DNA of 64,000 nucleotides from Macrostomum lignano (Eukaryota). The position numbers were made by a program, and so were the translations under genes. Position 1 is the stretch's first letter. Each line of letters begins with the position of its first letter. Shown piece by piece: positions 61,042 to 64,000 of this stretch. The stretch spans positions 1 through 64,000 of the forward strand of contig NIVC01003181.1 in the NCBI GenBank assembly GCA_002269645.1. The letters run 5' to 3'. The notes beneath the pieces are model-generated. The model was not told the DNA's origin, ran no database searches, and saw nothing but the letters and a program-made list of their open reading frames with translations.

Positions 61042-63571
61042 CGCGGCGCCCGCTGCCCCAGCCCGCATGTACCCCACCTCGGCGCCAAATTATGCTCAGC
61101 AGATGCAGCAGCAGCGCCCGCAGGCGCCGCAACCGGGGGCGCAGCATCCAGCCGCATCGGTTGCTATGCACGCTCCCCAGCTGGTGTTCTACCAGGCTGG
61201 CCCGGCTGCTCCTCCTCAGTCGGGCAGCGCCGCAGCGGCCGCCGCCGCCGCAGCCGAACGGGAATGGCAGGCGCAAGAGCAGCGGCGCCGATTAGAGGAT
61301 CAGCAGCGCCGGCAGCGCGAGGCAACTCGGCGCCAATTTCAGAATGCCACCAAAAATCCGGCGCCATCGGTTGACGCCCTAATTAGCAGTATTGTGTTTC
61401 CCGTTGGCTCTCAGCAGCAGCAAAAGCAGCAGCAGCCGAAGTTGTATCCGGTTGCAAAGTCTGCAACAGCTGATGACGACGAATTTGACTCGTTCGTTTC
61501 GTCGCCAGTGAAATCGGTGCAGCAGTCGCAGCCGCAGCGGCCGATTCAGCAGCCTCAGCCACAGTACCAGCCGTCTGTTGCTGCTACAAAAAAGCAACCG
61601 GAGAAGCAGAAGAAAATATCTATAGAGGACTTTATATCTGCAAATCTTATGGCTACTACCTCGGGAGCGACCTCCACTAGTAGGCCGCAGCAACAGCAAC
61701 CAAGAACTCAGCCCAATACTCAGCACCATCAATCAATAATGCAAATGCAACAGCAGACTCAGCACATGACACAGCAGACTCAGCAATTACAACAGCAGAC
61801 TCAGCACATGCCACAGCAGCATCAGCAAGTGCAACAGCAGCCTCAGCACATGCCACAGCAGCATCAGCAAGTGCAACAGCAGCCTCAGCACATGCCACAG
61901 CAGACTCAGCACATGCCACAGCAGCATCAGCAAGTGCAACAGCAGCCTCAGCACATGCCACAGCAGACTCAGCACATGCCACAGCAGCATCAGCAAGTGC
62001 AACAGCAGCCTCAGCACATGCCACAGCAGACTCAGCACATGCCGCAGCAGCATCAGCAAATGCAACAGCAGACTCAGCACATGCCGCAGCAGCATCAGCA
62101 AGTGCAACAGCAGACTCAGCACATGCCACAGCAGCATCAGCAAGTGCAACAGCAGCCTCAGCACATGCCACAGCAGCATCAGCAAGTGCAACAGCAGACT
62201 CAGCACATGCCACAGCAGACTCATCACATGCCACAGCAGACTCAGCACATGCCACAGCAGACTCAGCACATGCCGCAGCCGACTCCGCAGTCCTTCCCCC
62301 GCTGGCTCGCAGGCGGCCCGCTGCCCCAGCTGTATTTGCACGCACTGCAAGCGTGCCACGATCCCTCCACTAACCAGTTGGACACTGGCCGAATCTACGA
62401 GATCTTCTTACGTTCTGGCCTGCCCAGGCCAGTCCTAGGCCAGGTTTGGGATCGGGTTAATCGAACAGTTCGCGGCCGTCTGACGGAGCCGGAGCTGTGC
62501 CAGGCGCTGGCTCTGATTGCTCTGTGCCAGCAGCTTGTTGCTAGGCAGGGCCAGGCCGAATCGCTTGTATGCCCGCCCTTGGAGTCCTTGCTGCAGCTGG
62601 CTGAGGCTCCCCTGCCGGATTTCGGCGTTCAGACTGGCGGCTGTGCTCCAAGTGCGGCCGTTTCAACGCCTTCATCAACGTCGAATCCGCCAGCAGTTTC
62701 CGTTGCTCGTCAAAATTCGATAACAACAACAGATGACGATGGCTTTGGTGATTTTGTATCCACTGAACCGTCGGCCGCCTCGGCGTCACCTGCTGGCAAC
62801 GGTGGCGTTGGCAGCGGAGGCGGCGTCAGCAGCGAAGAATCCAATTGGGCAGATTTCTCCGCCTCTAGCGGGATCAGCAGCCCGGCCGCTGTTCCGCCGT
62901 ACACGTTCGCCGCTTCGGCTGGCGAATCTGCCAGCGGCGGCAAAACTAAAGTAGATAGCTTGAAGAACACCATAGCCAGTCTGTACAAGCAGCAGCCGCA
63001 GTCTCAAAAGCAGCAGCAGCAGCAGCCGCAGCCGCGCGATCTAGACCTGCCAATTAGCGTTGAAAAGCACGAATTGGCTGATAAAATGTTGGAAGATTCG
63101 TTCAACGATTTTGTTGACACATCCGGCTCGTCTAGCGATGGATCGCGGAGCGAGCAGCACACGACAGGTTGCTCATCTCCGACCAGCTCAGAGCAGCAGT
63201 CTAATTATGAGCCCCAGCCACAGGCTCACGAGCAGCAGCAGCAGAGACATAACCAGCATCACCAGCGTCATCATCAGACAGTTGGACATTTTAATATCGC
63301 GTCTGCACAGGCGGAGCAGCGAAACAACTTCTCTGCTCCGGTTGAGGATAATTCAGCTTCTCAAAATCAGCAGGATGAGGCTGCTGAGGATGATGCAGAA
63401 TTTGCCGACTTTGAATCCGCGCCAGCTGCTCATTTTGCTGAGCCTGCAGTTGGTGCTGCAGAACTGGACACCCTGCAGTCCGGCGTCTCTGTGTCTGTTG
63501 TCAATGACGACGATATGCGCCAGGCTTCCGGTGGATCGCAGAACCAGTTTGCCGTGTTTCGGTGCGCTTAA
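61042..63571 (+). CDS. SYNRG: Synergin-gamma-like AP-1 clathrin-adaptor accessory protein (large exon; gene probably continues beyond the window)
   Basis: EH domain (LDTGRIYEIFLRSGLPRPVLGQVWDRVNRTVRGRLTEPELCQALALIA), N-terminal Q-rich coiled coil, and gamma-ear-binding-type motifs DDEFDSF, DDGFGDF, NWADF, EFADF. Acceptor at 61040-61041; a possible donor near 63561. Confidence 0.8.
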
Positions 63572-63629
63572 TGAGCTTTGGGTCTGCGTGTTTTTGTGGT
63601 GGAATTTCCGATCCTCAGGAGCATTTAGA

Positions 63630-64000
63630 GCGCATCTTCAGTTGCTTGGTCACTGTCAGCCTCCCAGATCCTCAGTTGCTTGGTCACTGTCAGCCTCCCA
63701 GATCCTCAGTTGCTTGGTCACTGTCAGCCTCCCAGATCCTCAGTTGCTTGGTCACTGTCAGCCTCCCAGATCCTCAGTTGCTTGGTCACTGTCAGCCTCC
63801 CAGATCCTCAGTTGCTTGGTCACTGTCACCCTCCCAGATCCTCAGTTGCTTGGGCACTGTCACCCTCCCAGATCCTCAGTTGCTTGGTCACTGTCAGCCT
63901 CCCAGATCCTCAGTTGCTTGGTCACTGTCACCCTCCCAGATCCTCAGTTGCTTGGTCACTGTCAGCCTCCCAGATCCTCAGTTGCTTGGTCACTGTCACC
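63630..64000. repeat. 34-bp minisatellite, runs off the right edge
   Basis: CCTCCCAGATCCTCAGTTGCTTGGTCACTGTCAG units. Confidence 0.95.

Overview
Repeat-saturated eukaryotic (animal) genomic DNA. The gene style and minisatellite-filled introns suggest a free-living flatworm such as Macrostomum (inference). No prokaryotic features are present. Left to right: (1) an 8.1-kb homogeneous 40-bp satellite; (2) an intronless SREB/GPR85-like class A GPCR (+); (3) a 15-exon type I membrane protein with 11 CUB domains and a tyrosine/proline-motif tail (-), whose intron 7 holds a young full-length Ty3/Gypsy LTR retrotransposon; (4) a divergent secreted PAN + ALK/LTK-type glycine-rich-domain gene with a nonsense codon (+); (5) VPS33A (-) and PSMD6/Rpn7 (+), head-to-head across an AT-rich, CpG-depleted zone containing a decayed mariner and fold-back MITEs; (6) a synergin-gamma-like exon (+). 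The strongest novelty candidate is the Gypsy element. Between pol and the 3' LTR, where env would sit, it carries a canonical HPD J-domain (DnaJ/Hsp40) ORF. It also has a tRNA-Lys3 PBS and a G GGA AAC -1 frameshift signal followed by a predicted pseudoknot. Second is an apparent CpG and CpA to TpA (RIP-like) hypermutation domain at about 51.4-57.7 kb. Isolated 1-bp deletions, including one in the essential gene PSMD6, point to consensus-sequence errors rather than real gene decay. All calls are by eye; no searches were run.
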